A stretch of 64,000 bases of DNA from Christensenella sp. UBA7703 (GTDB lineage: Bacteria > Bacillota > Clostridia > Christensenellales > CAG-138): the NCBI GenBank assembly GCA_002482505.1, contig DLGD01000019.1:35473-99472 (forward strand). The letters run 5' to 3'. Made by a program: the position numbers and the translations under genes. Below, piece after piece: positions 1-10,147 of this stretch. The notes under the pieces were generated by a model. The model worked only from the letters and a program-made list of their open reading frames with translations, searched no databases and had not been told where the DNA came from. Positions within the stretch are counted from its first letter, which is position 1. Every line of letters begins with the position of its first letter.

Positions 1-2436
1 GGCACTACGCCTTCGCCCGCGGCTTCCGTCACGCCCGAAAGCAGCGCGACGCCGGATCCGAACGCGACCGTGGACCCCAACGCAACACCTTCGCCCACGC
101 CTGACCCGAACGCAACGCCCACGCCCGCGCCAACGGACGCGGATGGCGACGGCGTACCGGATGACGTAAACAAAACGATCACCAAGGTCGAATTCATTGA
201 GCGTTACCAGAGCATCTTTGACGAGTTGGAACTCACGGGCATCGACTACACCGCGACGGACGTGGTGGATGGCGAAATCATCGCGCGCGTGAACTACACC
301 CTCACGTACCACAGCGAACGCGCAGGCGAAGACCTCACCTATGACTTCTCCATCGAAGCCAACCGTATTGAGCACCGCTGGACAATCGACTGGTCGCCCA
401 AACTCATCTTCCCTGATATGGAATGGGGCGACAGCCTTCGCGTTGGCGTATTGCAGGCCAGCCGTGGCGAGATCCTCGCCTATGGCGAACCATACGCGCA
501 GAACGTGAACGCCATCACTGTCTTCTGTGTGCCGAGCACGATTCCCAATGTGGATGAGTTCATCCGTACGGTTGCTGCCGTACCGGAGATGGAGATGAAG
601 GAAGACGACGTACGCGAAGCACTCAAGAAAGTGCGTAACGACTTCGTCAAACTCAAAACATTCTATCCGGATGAGGCGACGATGGACTTGAAGCAGCGGC
701 TGCTCGCCATCACCGGCCTCGCCATCGATACAGCAAACTATGGCACACTGCGCTATTATCCAAACGGAGAATCGCTCTGCCATATCATCGGTTACGCCGG
801 TATCATCTCCAAAAAAGAGAAGATCAACTACGAAACCTACGGCGACATCCGGTATGACGCGGCAAACAACCGCTATGTATCCACCCCGACGCGCTATAAC
901 GGCGACAGCTATATCGGCAAATACGGCCTGGAGCAGCTCTATGAAGACCAGTTGCTGGGTACCAACGGACGCTTTACCTACATCCAAACCAAAGAAGGCG
1001 GCAGCCGCGGCATGCTCTATTCCACCAAGGCGGTGGACGGCAACGACCTGCATCTGACCATCATACCGGAGCTGCAGGAGCGGCTGGAGGATGTCATCGA
1101 CACCGTAGTCTATGACGAAAAGATCCACGGCAGCGTGGTGGTTATCAACCCCATGACGGGTGCCATTCAAGCGATGACCTCCTGGCCCGGCTTCGACCTC
1201 AACGACCTGAGCCGAGGCCTCCCGATCGAAGAGTGGAACGCGTTGCAGACCGATAAAATCAACCTGCCGCTGTACAACCGAACAACGCAGGGCTTGTATA
1301 CCCCCGGCTCGGTGTTCAAGCTCATGACCAGCGCGGCGCTGCTGGAGACCAACACGATGACGGTCAACGACGTGTTCCCCGGCTCCGAGGACCTCAAGGG
1401 CGACACGTGGTATCCTTCCGAGACGTTCCTTGCAAACCTTGCCGATCGCGCAAGCACGCTGACCTGGAAAGAACAGAGTAACGACCGCGCCTTGGTTCGT
1501 ACCCGTGCGGACAGCAGAAAATCCCCGATGAACATGACCAACTCGATCATCTCGTCGGATAACCTCTTCTTCTCCTACGCCGCGATGCGCATGGGCTGGA
1601 AGAAACTGACGGCATTCATGGAACAAATCGGCTGGACGACGGCCATCCAGCTGGAGACCGATGGAACCCAACCGCGTATTTATTGGGAGATTAACCCCAA
1701 TGATAAGGAACAAGTTTCCTGGACAAACCTCGCGGAAGGCGGCGAGACCATCTGGCGGCAAAAAGCGGATGGAAGCTATGAAGAAATGCCCAACGTGCAT
1801 CTGAAGCTGGACAAAATGCTCTACGGCCTCGATGTAAGCAAGCCGCAGCTGGCAAATGATCGCGCGAAGGATAAGCCGCTGAACGAATACGACCTCGCGG
1901 TCACGGGCTACGGTCAGGGCGAAATCCTGATGTCGCCGCTCCAGATGGCATGCTACGCTTCCGCCTATGCAAACGACGGCATGATCATGCAACCCTATGT
2001 TGTGGACAGCATCTGGCATGCAGACGGCACGAATTATTCTCTCGTAGAGCAAAAAGAACCGAAGATCTACCGCACCATTTTCCAAAAGGGCACAGTGGAC
2101 AACATCTACCCCGCGCTGCTGCAGGTCATCACCGACGGCACCGCACGCAGCATGGTCAAGAGCTTCATCACCAAGTCTCCGCTCGACCTCGGCTATACCC
2201 TCGCCGGTAAAACAGGCACCGCCGAGCTCAACGACGACAAGACGAAGGAACTCGCGTGGTTCATCTGCTGGCGCGACAGCAAGGGCGGCACGAAGGTAAC
2301 GGCGGAAAACGCGCGCCTTGTCTGCATCATGCTGGAAATCGACCTAACCCGGCTGCCGGACGAATGGAGTCAGATGAAGTTTGATATCGCCCGCGCGCTG
2401 CTCAAGGACGATATTCTGAACGAGACCGAAGGCTGA
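1..2436 (+). CDS. Class B penicillin-binding protein (NTF2-like N-terminal, dimerisation and transpeptidase domains); 5'-truncated by the window
   Basis: Frame is open from base 1. Catalytic motifs PGSVFK (SxxK), SSDN (SxN) and GKTGTAE (KTG). RGEIL, RYYP and GYGQGE class B signatures. Pro/Thr-rich N-terminal linker. Confidence 0.9.
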   Translation, partial: GTTPSPAASVTPESSATPDPNATVDPNATPSPTPDPNATPTPAPTDADGDGVPDDVNKTITKVEFIERYQSIFDELELTGIDYTATDVVDGEIIARVNYTLTYHSERAGEDLTYDFSIEANRIEHRWTIDWSPKLIFPDMEWGDSLRVGVLQASRGEILAYGEPYAQNVNAITVFCVPSTIPNVDEFIRTVAAVPEMEMKEDDVREALKKVRNDFVKLKTFYPDEATMDLKQRLLAITGLAIDTANYGTLRYYPNGESLCHIIGYAGIISKKEKINYETYGDIRYDAANNRYVSTPTRYNGDSYIGKYGLEQLYEDQLLGTNGRFTYIQTKEGGSRGMLYSTKAVDGNDLHLTIIPELQERLEDVIDTVVYDEKIHGSVVVINPMTGAIQAMTSWPGFDLNDLSRGLPIEEWNALQTDKINLPLYNRTTQGLYTPGSVFKLMTSAALLETNTMTVNDVFPGSEDLKGDTWYPSETFLANLADRASTLTWKEQSNDRALVRTRADSRKSPMNMTNSIISSDNLFFSYAAMRMGWKKLTAFMEQIGWTTAIQLETDGTQPRIYWEINPNDKEQVSWTNLAEGGETIWRQKADGSYEEMPNVHLKLDKMLYGLDVSKPQLANDRAKDKPLNEYDLAVTGYGQGEILMSPLQMACYASAYANDGMIMQPYVVDSIWHADGTNYSLVEQKEPKIYRTIFQKGTVDNIYPALLQVITDGTARSMVKSFITKSPLDLGYTLAGKTGTAELNDDKTKELAWFICWRDSKGGTKVTAENARLVCIMLEIDLTRLPDEWSQMKFDIARALLKDDILNETEG

Positions 2437-2452
2437 GAAACGCAACTCACAC

Positions 2453-2481
2453 TGGACAATCCGACAGGATTGTCATACACT
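2453..2481 (+). promoter_or_regulatory. Putative sigma-A promoter with an overlapping inverted repeat
   Basis: TGGACA-N17-TACACT. The perfect inverted repeat GACAATCC-gaca-GGATTGTC (2455-2474) overlaps the -35 and spacer. Confidence 0.4.
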
Positions 2482-2504
2482 AAACCACAGATAACGAACA
2501 TCAA

Positions 2505-2538
2505 CACACGATCGGTTCGCACCGGTCGTGTGCTTTTT
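2505..2538 (+). terminator. Intrinsic terminator-like hairpin before murG
   Basis: CACACGATCGGT-tcgc-ACCGGTCGTGTG followed by CTTTTT. Confidence 0.65.
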
Positions 2539-2558
2539 CGGGGAGAAACACAACTGTT

Positions 2559-3644
2559 ATGGCAGAACAATCGACCGGAGTAAAGCGAATCATCTTCACC
2601 GGCGGCGGCACCGCGGGGCATGTGACCCCAAATATCGCGCTCATGGAACCGCTCCTGAGAGAAGGATGGGACGTACACTACATCGGCTCCCAAAGCGGTA
2701 TGGAAAAAGGGTTGATCGCAGGCATCCAGGGGGTCACTTACCATGGCATCTCCACGGGCAAGCTCAGGCGATATTTCTCTTGGCAAAATTTCATCGATCC
2801 GTTTCGGGTCATCAAAGGTTATGTTCAGGCAAGACGGCTGATTCGCAAGATTCAGCCGGATGTGATCTTCAGCAAGGGCGGCTTTGTCTCCGTTCCGGTT
2901 GTGCTCGGCGCCGGCAAGGTTCCTGTTGTTGCACATGAGTCGGACTATTCTCCGGGGCTAAGCAACCGTATCGCGACGCATTTTACGGATCAGGTCTGCC
3001 TGAGCTTTGAGGACACACTGGCGCATATTCCGCACGGCAAAGGCATCTTCACCGGCACGCCGATTCGCCCCGCGCTCTACGGCGGCAGCCGGGAAAGAGC
3101 GCTCGCGTTTACGGGTTTTTCCGGCGAGAAACCGGTGCTGCTCATCATGGGGGGCAGCCTCGGCGCGCAGAAACTCAACGAGCTGGTCCGCGAAGCGCTA
3201 CCGATGCTCTGCGAAACATATGATGTCCTCCATTTGTGCGGACGCGGTAAAAACGACTGCTCCTGCACCGCGTGCGGCTACAATCAATATGAATACATCA
3301 ACGAAGAATTACCGGATCTATTCGCGCTATGCGACATCGTCCTCTCCCGCGCGGGTGCAAACAGCGTGTTTGAACTGCTCGCGCTCAATAAACCGAGTGT
3401 GCTCGTCCCGCTGACCTCCGCAAGTTCGCGCGGGGATCAGTTGCTCAACGCGAATTATTTCGAAAAGAAAGGCTACGCAAAGGTCGTCGATCAAAATGCC
3501 GCGACACCGGAATCGCTGGTTGCAGCGATAGACGAGGTGTATCAACAACGCGAAGCATATGCAGAGCGGATGTGTCAAGACACGCGCTCGGACGGAACAG
3601 AATCGATCTTAGCGATCATCAAGAAGGCGGCAACGAATGGATAA
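2559..3644 (+). CDS. murG: Lipid I:GlcNAc transferase MurG
   Basis: GGGTAGHV, SKGGFVS, GGSLGA and SRAGA...DQ..NA motifs. Confidence 0.95.
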   Translation: MAEQSTGVKRIIFTGGGTAGHVTPNIALMEPLLREGWDVHYIGSQSGMEKGLIAGIQGVTYHGISTGKLRRYFSWQNFIDPFRVIKGYVQARRLIRKIQPDVIFSKGGFVSVPVVLGAGKVPVVAHESDYSPGLSNRIATHFTDQVCLSFEDTLAHIPHGKGIFTGTPIRPALYGGSRERALAFTGFSGEKPVLLIMGGSLGAQKLNELVREALPMLCETYDVLHLCGRGKNDCSCTACGYNQYEYINEELPDLFALCDIVLSRAGANSVFELLALNKPSVLVPLTSASSRGDQLLNANYFEKKGYAKVVDQNAATPESLVAAIDEVYQQREAYAERMCQDTRSDGTESILAIIKKAATNG

Positions 3645-5505
3645 TTCTACAACGAAAACACCCGGCGATCCCTCCGGAACCAAAAACCCCGGTGGAGCGT
3701 CCGGCTCCGCGCCACGTGGCGCAGCGGGCGGCAAGCCATATTCTGACCGCAGACCGGCATCCCAGGGGTCTAAGCCATATGGTGATCGGAAACCTGCTCC
3801 ATATGGTGCAAAACCCGCTTCTAAGCCATACGGTGAGAAGCGCGCTTACGCACCAGGCGATAAGCCAGCGCCAAGACCCTATGGCGATAAACCAGCGCCA
3901 AGACCCTATGGCGACAAGCCAGCTCCAAGACCCTATGGCGACAAACCTGCGCCAAGACCGTATGGCGAGAAACGCTCTTATTCGCAAAGCAAGCCCTATC
4001 CCGAACGAAAACAGTTTTCCGATCATAAACCTTATCCCCGCTCTGCCCCTGCGCCGCGCGTGACCCCGCGCGAAGAGGAAGCGGCCGTAACCGAGCAACA
4101 GTTGCAGGTTCTCGTCTCCACGATTGCGACGGAACCCGTCACCTCACTCTCCGCCCTCGCCGCCCATGCGAAAAAACGTGCTGCCAGAGAGACGCTGGAG
4201 CGGATCTTTTCCGAACGCACAATCCTTTATAATGCCTTATCCGCGCCGGAACCGAAGGCACGCAAGAACGCCGCGCGCGTGCTCGGCGCGTTTGCCAACG
4301 AGCGGGACACCGATGCGCTGATCTCAGCCCTTCAAACAGAGGAAACGCGCTTCGTGATCCCCTCCATTCTCCTCGCGCTGGGCGCCATCGCAAACAGCCG
4401 CGCCGGAGAAGCAATCCTCGCCTTTGTGCCTCCCGTGGCAGCGGACGAGACCGAGGAGAAGCACATTGCAGACATCGTTGAGGCGTTGGAGAAAGCGAAA
4501 GCTGCTCTTACCCGGGATATTCCCCTGCCAGAGCGTACGCGCCTCTCCCAACCGCGTGAAGTCCTCTTGGTTCCGCCGGTTGGTTTCGGTCAGATTCTTC
4601 ACAAAGAAAACACGTCGCGCGGATTTATTGCGACGCTGCAGCCCGACGGCGTACATGTAACCACCGACCAGATCAAAACCCTGCAGGAGCTGCGGTGCGC
4701 GCAAGAACTGCTGCTCCCGCTCGGCAGCAATCTCCCGATTGATGCGGAGCAGCTTTCAGCACTTGCAAGCCCCGTTTTGACCCGCCCGTATCGAATTGAG
4801 CTACGCGCTTATTCCGGCGACAGGGCGGCGTTCATCCGCGCGGTCTCCTCCGCGCTCGGCGGCGGGGATAACCCCTCGCGCTATGCGGACGAGCTACGAA
4901 TCGTTTGCAACAACGATAAGTGTGATCTGTTTATCCGCCCGCGGGACGTTCCGGACACGCGTTTTGCCTACCGTTTGCGCACGTTGCCTGCGTCGATTCA
5001 TCCTGTGCAGGCGGCTTGCCTTGCGCGCTATGCGCTCTCGTTTGTCTCCGCTGCTCGTCCGCGCACGCTGGACCCGTTCTGCGGCAGCGGAACGCTGTTG
5101 CTGGAGCTGGAGCGTGTCGTGTCTACAGGGTTGATCGGGGTGGATGTCTCCGAACGCGCGCTGGACGCTGCGCGGGAGAATGCAGCCGCCGCCCACAGCG
5201 GCGCGCGATTTGTCCACAAGGATATACTGAAATTTGAACCGCGCGATCCGTTTGACCTCATCCTCTCCAACATGCCGTTTGGCAACCGCGTCGGCACGCA
5301 CAGCGCAAACGAAACGCTGTATCGCGACTTTGTGCATGCACTGCCAAAGCTGCTCGCCTTCGGCGGAATCGCGGTGCTGTATACCATGGAACACAAACTG
5401 CTCACAACCTTCCTGAAAGCCGAGCCAAGCCTCGCCCTCGCGGCGGAGCTCACGACCGAGGCGGGCGGACTCAACCCTCGCGTCACCGTCGTGCGGCGGG
5501 TATAG
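3637..5505 (+). CDS. Putative RNA methyltransferase (repeat-rich disordered N-terminus, HEAT-like repeats, class I SAM-dependent amino-MTase domain)
   Basis: LDPFCGSGT (motif I) and SNMPFG (motif IV-like). HEAT-like segment KARKNAARVLGAF...ALISALQTEETRFVIPSILLALGAI. Start overlaps the murG stop. Confidence 0.8.
   Translation: MDNSTTKTPGDPSGTKNPGGASGSAPRGAAGGKPYSDRRPASQGSKPYGDRKPAPYGAKPASKPYGEKRAYAPGDKPAPRPYGDKPAPRPYGDKPAPRPYGDKPAPRPYGEKRSYSQSKPYPERKQFSDHKPYPRSAPAPRVTPREEEAAVTEQQLQVLVSTIATEPVTSLSALAAHAKKRAARETLERIFSERTILYNALSAPEPKARKNAARVLGAFANERDTDALISALQTEETRFVIPSILLALGAIANSRAGEAILAFVPPVAADETEEKHIADIVEALEKAKAALTRDIPLPERTRLSQPREVLLVPPVGFGQILHKENTSRGFIATLQPDGVHVTTDQIKTLQELRCAQELLLPLGSNLPIDAEQLSALASPVLTRPYRIELRAYSGDRAAFIRAVSSALGGGDNPSRYADELRIVCNNDKCDLFIRPRDVPDTRFAYRLRTLPASIHPVQAACLARYALSFVSAARPRTLDPFCGSGTLLLELERVVSTGLIGVDVSERALDAARENAAAAHSGARFVHKDILKFEPRDPFDLILSNMPFGNRVGTHSANETLYRDFVHALPKLLAFGGIAVLYTMEHKLLTTFLKAEPSLALAAELTTEAGGLNPRVTVVRRV
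3856..3971 (+). repeat. Coding 27-bp tandem repeat, 4 copies plus a partial (GDKPAPRPY)
   Basis: ggcgayaarccwgckccaagaccstat units that differ only at synonymous positions. Confidence 0.95.
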
Positions 5506-5621
5506 TGCAAACTCCCGCATTTTTTAAGAATCACAAGACAACACAAAAGCCACCCGCATTTCTGTTCGGGTGGCTTTCTTCTGTTTTACAGGTGATTCTG
5601 CGATCAGGCGCGACTGATCTC

Positions 5622-6572
5622 TCAGGTATTCGACAGCTGCGCGATGAAGGCCCGCAGCGTCTTTGCGCTGTTGATGAGCGCTTCTTCTTCCTGCGGCGTG
5701 AGGCTGTATTGGATGATGCCATCTACGCCACGCTGGTTGATCACCGAAGGAAGGCTCAGCGCGACATCGTGGATGCCATACGGGCCATCGAGTACGCTCG
5801 CGACAGTCTTGATCGAGTTTTTATCCTTCACGACCGCTTCAATGATATTTTCTACGATTCCGGCGATTGCGAAATAGGTTGCGCCCTTGAGGCGGATGAC
5901 CTCCGCGCCACCGTTCTTTGTCTTGGTGACGATGTCCAGTTTCTCCGCATCGCTCAGCGGAATACCCATCGATTTGCAATAGATGTCCACGCTCTGGCCT
6001 GCAATCTGCGTCGCACTCCAAACCGGAACTTGCGAATCGCCATGTTCGCCGATGATATAGCCATGCACGTTTTGAATATCGACATTCAAACGCTGCGCCA
6101 AATAGAATCGAAAACGCGCGGAATCGAGCGCGGTGCCCGTGCCAAACACTTTACTTGCAGGCAGCCCCGACCATTTCTGAATGAGATAAGTCAAAACATC
6201 CGCCGGATTTGCAACGACGATGATCACACCGTGGTTGTAATATTTCATGATGTTTTCGGTGATGCTTTTTGCCACGGGAATGTTCTTGGTCGCAAGGTCG
6301 AGTCTGGTTTCACCGGGCTTGCGGTTGAGTCCCGCAGTCATCACAATTGCGTCGCAGTTCGCGCACTCCGAATAGTCGCCCGCGTGAATATTCATCTGTC
6401 CAAGATGGCAAAGCCCGTGGTTGATATCCAGTGCTTCCCCCATTGCTTTGTCATTATTGACATCGATCAGAACGATTTCACTTGCGGTACGGTTGATGGC
6501 AACATTGTATGCGATCGCCGCGCCGACGTACCCTGCGCCGATGATCGCGATTTTTGATTTACCTTGCAGCAT
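5622..6572 (-). CDS. ldh: L-lactate dehydrogenase
   Basis: IIGAGYVG, RKPGETRLDL, GEHGDS and LKGATYF motifs. Confidence 0.92.
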   Translation of the reverse strand: MLQGKSKIAIIGAGYVGAAIAYNVAINRTASEIVLIDVNNDKAMGEALDINHGLCHLGQMNIHAGDYSECANCDAIVMTAGLNRKPGETRLDLATKNIPVAKSITENIMKYYNHGVIIVVANPADVLTYLIQKWSGLPASKVFGTGTALDSARFRFYLAQRLNVDIQNVHGYIIGEHGDSQVPVWSATQIAGQSVDIYCKSMGIPLSDAEKLDIVTKTKNGGAEVIRLKGATYFAIAGIVENIIEAVVKDKNSIKTVASVLDGPYGIHDVALSLPSVINQRGVDGIIQYSLTPQEEEALINSAKTLRAFIAQLSNT

Positions 6573-6884
6573 GATTAGCTACCTCCGTGTTTTTTATCGA
6601 TGAGCAGGCGGTCTGCCCGAATTCGAATCAAACGCGGTCTTGGCGAATCGTCGGGATCGCGTACAGTTGACGTGCAATTTTATTTCATTCCGAAACGCAA
6701 TTTTGCGCCACGGTACACATCATATTCCGATTGCAAGTACTCTTAAAGCACAAATCTGATATATAAGTCATTCAAAAGTTACATAGCTGAGGTGTCTGCT
6801 TCTCGTTGCGTTTTCTATTCACTACCCGCTCGTTTGGGTTGCATGACTGCCAAAAACCGGAAGCAATGGCCTCTCGTTTTCTTC

Positions 6885-6919
6885 AAAAAAACACCTGCGT
6901 CCCGTTTGAAGGACGCAGG
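6885..6919 (-). terminator. Intrinsic terminator after wzt
   Basis: Minus strand CCTGCGTCC-ttcaaacg-GGACGCAGG-TGTTTTTTT. Confidence 0.75.
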
Positions 6920-7016
6920 CAATGAGTCGATTTGCTTTGAGCAGCTTCTTCCATCATTCTTAAAGAAGCTTCTCAGAATTTCTTGTGTTTTCGAAAAACG
7001 GTCTTATCGCCTAGTG

Positions 7017-7802
7017 TTACTTGGGCGAGGGATATTGTTGCGCTGCTTCAACCAGCGCCTCCGCGTTGCCCGAAAGGAATGATCCGTAGAGCTCGCAAAT
7101 CCTCTGTGTATCGCCAAGGGCAACCGCCTCACCGTGGTTAAGCCAGAGCACCTTTGTGCAAAGATTTTCGATCTGCTGAACCGAGTGTGAAACCAGAATC
7201 GTCACCGCACCGCTTTTTATAATCTCCATCATCTTCTTGGAGCTCTTCTCCTGAAATGCGCCGTCGCCAACGGAAAGCACCTCATCCAGAATTAAAATCT
7301 CGGGTTGCACCAAGGACGCAATGGAAAACGCAAGGCGGGACTGCATGCCAGAGGAAAGCTGCTTAAACGGCCGTTCCTCAAAGTCCTGGAGCTCTGCGAA
7401 ATCAATGATTTGATCATACGCTTCATTCATGAATTTTCGGGTGTAACCGAGCATAGCACCGCGCAGATAGGCATTTTCTTTCACGGTTAAATCGCCGTCA
7501 AAACCGGAAGCGAGTTCTAGTAATGCAGAGATGCGCCCATCGCAGGTGATTTCTCCACTGGTTGGTACCATAACGCCCGTCACCGCTTTGAGGAGTGTGG
7601 ACTTACCCGCGCCGTTGGAGCCAATGATGCCCAGCAGATCCCCTTCAAACAGCTCGAATGAGACGTTTTTGACCGCCATAAAGTTCTCAACCTGATAGGT
7701 ATGGGTCAGCTTTCGCATCGTCCATTCCTTGAGCCCGATGTCTCGAAAATCACCAAATTTATATCGAATCGATACGTTGTCTACCTTAAGAACAGATCGC
7801 AT
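7017..7802 (-). CDS. Polysaccharide/teichoic acid ABC exporter ATPase (Wzt/TagH-like)
   Basis: GSNGAGKST, LSSGMQSRLAF and LILDEVLSVGD...FQEK. Confidence 0.9.
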   Translation of the reverse strand: MRSVLKVDNVSIRYKFGDFRDIGLKEWTMRKLTHTYQVENFMAVKNVSFELFEGDLLGIIGSNGAGKSTLLKAVTGVMVPTSGEITCDGRISALLELASGFDGDLTVKENAYLRGAMLGYTRKFMNEAYDQIIDFAELQDFEERPFKQLSSGMQSRLAFSIASLVQPEILILDEVLSVGDGAFQEKSSKKMMEIIKSGAVTILVSHSVQQIENLCTKVLWLNHGEAVALGDTQRICELYGSFLSGNAEALVEAAQQYPSPK

Positions 7803-7897
7803 GCTTGTCCCTCACAGATCTTGTTGGAATGCGGGTGCGGCGCAGCGTTGCAGTTGCTTGCGCGCGTCGTGAAAGAGTTCAAATGAGCCGATACCGT

Positions 7898-8665
7898 TTA
7901 TACGTAATAGAGGAACTCGTGGTTGTATTTGCGGTATACGTACGTACCGATTGCAAGCGCAATGAGCGCATATGCCGCGGCAAGCAAATGAAACCCCGGA
8001 GATGGAATCACGCCATCGAGCACTATTTTTCTGAAATAGCGGATATAGAGGTATACCGGGTTCGCGAGGAACGCCATTTGAATCTTATAGCTGAACCCTT
8101 CAATCGTATAAAAGATGGCGGACATCCACATCAACAACTGCGTGATAACCCCCCAGAGATATTGCATATCCCGGAAGAAGACATATAGCGCCGAAAGAAT
8201 CATTCCCATACCGATATTAAACGCTACAAGGCACGTTATCGGATACAGCAAGCAGACAAATTTCCAGGTGAACGTCACCCCGTCGATCGCCGCAAAGCCA
8301 AAGAACAGCAGCAATGTCAAGCCAAAGTTGATCAAGGACGACACGTTTTGCGAAAGCAGGAACAGATACTTTGGTACGTTGACCTTTGTAAAGATGCCCG
8401 CGTTGTTCACAAGCGCATTCATACTCAGGTTTGTCGAATCAGTAAAATATGCAAAAACAAGCTGGCCGGAGAACAAATAGACCACATAGTGTTTCATATT
8501 GCCGCCAAAGAAGTTGCTGAACACGACCCACATGATCATCAGCGTCATCAATGGGGAAAGTATGCTCCAGGCCATGCCAAGCATGGTTCGCTTATATTTT
8601 TTCGTAAAGTCGCGCTTTACAAGCTCGGTGAATAGAAACTGGTATCGCTTGATTTTCTCTAGCAT
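7898..8665 (-). CDS. Polysaccharide ABC exporter permease (Wzm/TagG-like)
   Basis: LVKRDFTKKYKRTMLGMAWSILSPL, FFRD and NPV motifs; multiple transmembrane segments. Confidence 0.9.
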   Translation of the reverse strand: MLEKIKRYQFLFTELVKRDFTKKYKRTMLGMAWSILSPLMTLMIMWVVFSNFFGGNMKHYVVYLFSGQLVFAYFTDSTNLSMNALVNNAGIFTKVNVPKYLFLLSQNVSSLINFGLTLLLFFGFAAIDGVTFTWKFVCLLYPITCLVAFNIGMGMILSALYVFFRDMQYLWGVITQLLMWMSAIFYTIEGFSYKIQMAFLANPVYLYIRYFRKIVLDGVIPSPGFHLLAAAYALIALAIGTYVYRKYNHEFLYYV

Positions 8666-8944
8666 GGCTTCCTCTCAATGAAAAAATACATTTCGCGCAA
8701 ATTGCGTTTTGGGCACTTAGCATTCTATCAAAAGCCGTCCCGATCCGCCATATCTCGGCTGGCTATACGATCCTTATTTGAAAGGGTTGCAGTATAGTCT
8801 ATAACAGTTTTTGCCCTTTGTAAATGCGGGGATCGTATTTTACGCATTCTCCCGGCCAAATCAGGCGCCCATGATTCCGCGCCAACAAGCTGTTTTTCTC
8901 GGTTGCATCCATCGAAACCGGCAGGCTTTCCAGTGGGTGTTTCC

Positions 8945-10147
8945 TCACGGCTCCCCGCTCAAAGAGCTTGGATCGATGTTCTCAAACATGTCGTTGTGAT
9001 TGCTGTCGGGCCCTACGCTGGAATAGTATAGCCCGTAATCGGACAGGCTGTAGACGCCTTTGCTGTCATCATGATAGTGCGAAGCTTTTTGTTGCGAAAT
9101 ATGGTACTTGAAGGCTTCTCTTGCAATCTCCACCACATTCTTGCCTTGAAACGACTCCAGATGCGACCATACATCCAGTTTGAGGCGACGTTCCGGATAG
9201 AGGTGCAGATAGAGCTTTTTCACCTGAAATATGCCATATTGCGCTGCGGATTCGGGGTCATAGCTCGCGTCTGCGGCAAGCGAAACCGCATCACAAACAG
9301 CCTTTGAAACATTGATGTGCTGCCAGTGCCCATATTCGCCCGCCACGTCGTGGGTGATGACCACCTCCGGCCTGTATTGCCGAAACAACCGCACATAATA
9401 CTGCGTCAACGCCTTACCCTTAAATTGAAACTCCCACTGGCGCTGTTTGGAGGGAAGGATATCCGGAAAATTCGCAAAGATCGGATGATTGCGCAATCCC
9501 ATCGCCCATGCGCCGTTGAGCGCCTCGTTGCAGCGATACCGAATGTTGGAGGTGCAGGTATAGGCGATTGTCCCCTGCAATCCGCGCTCCACGCCATAGA
9601 TGGGAACAATCGCACCCATAAAGATCACGTCGTCATCCGGATGTGTCGCAACGACGAGATAATCCAGTTTCTCGGGCGTTGGCCGCCAGGCGCGGTAATC
9701 CTTCGGGAGAACGTTTGGCCCATAGATCACCGCCGTACACAAATCCATGCTATATGCCGAGGTAAGCAAAACGCTGCGTGCCTCTTGCGCAATCGGATAC
9801 AGTTGGTTGAGCTCATATGTCGCGCCCGATACGGTGGCAATCTCGCTTCCATCCTCGCGATATTGGGTTATCGTAAATGCCTGCGGCAGAGCATACCACT
9901 CCAAATAGAGTGATTTGGCAGGCGTATTCTTTCGCCAGGAGATCCTGAGTGTCCCGCCCCTTTTCACAACAAAACGGCTGGATGTGTTTGTATCCCAGAG
10001 CTCGTTGATCCCCTCCGACGGACGGTTGGTGCTTTCATATTTACATTGCCGCGTGAGCGCATGGTCTTCGTCCACATATGCATTGGCTGGCAAAACGGAA
10101 GTCAGCATGAAAGCGGCTGCCGAAATATAGAATAACCATTTTGTCAC
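8945..10147 (-). CDS. Secreted PIG-L/LmbE family deacetylase
   Basis: THPDDD, RCNEA and THD..GEYGHWQH motifs. Signal peptide after the probable GTG start at 10147; the start position is uncertain. Confidence 0.8.
   Translation of the reverse strand: MTKWLFYISAAAFMLTSVLPANAYVDEDHALTRQCKYESTNRPSEGINELWDTNTSSRFVVKRGGTLRISWRKNTPAKSLYLEWYALPQAFTITQYREDGSEIATVSGATYELNQLYPIAQEARSVLLTSAYSMDLCTAVIYGPNVLPKDYRAWRPTPEKLDYLVVATHPDDDVIFMGAIVPIYGVERGLQGTIAYTCTSNIRYRCNEALNGAWAMGLRNHPIFANFPDILPSKQRQWEFQFKGKALTQYYVRLFRQYRPEVVITHDVAGEYGHWQHINVSKAVCDAVSLAADASYDPESAAQYGIFQVKKLYLHLYPERRLKLDVWSHLESFQGKNVVEIAREAFKYHISQQKASHYHDDSKGVYSLSDYGLYYSSVGPDSNHNDMFENIDPSSLSGEP

Noticed and set aside
3856-3971. 27-bp repeats as a CRISPR array
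   Set aside because: No spacers; the units are in frame, vary synonymously and have no cas genes nearby.
5505-6557. 350-aa plus-strand ORF
   Set aside because: Antisense shadow of ldh with no recognisable motifs.
6573-6880. Rex operator or riboswitch upstream of ldh
   Set aside because: No adequate match to TTGTGAA-N4-TTCACAA or to a known aptamer.
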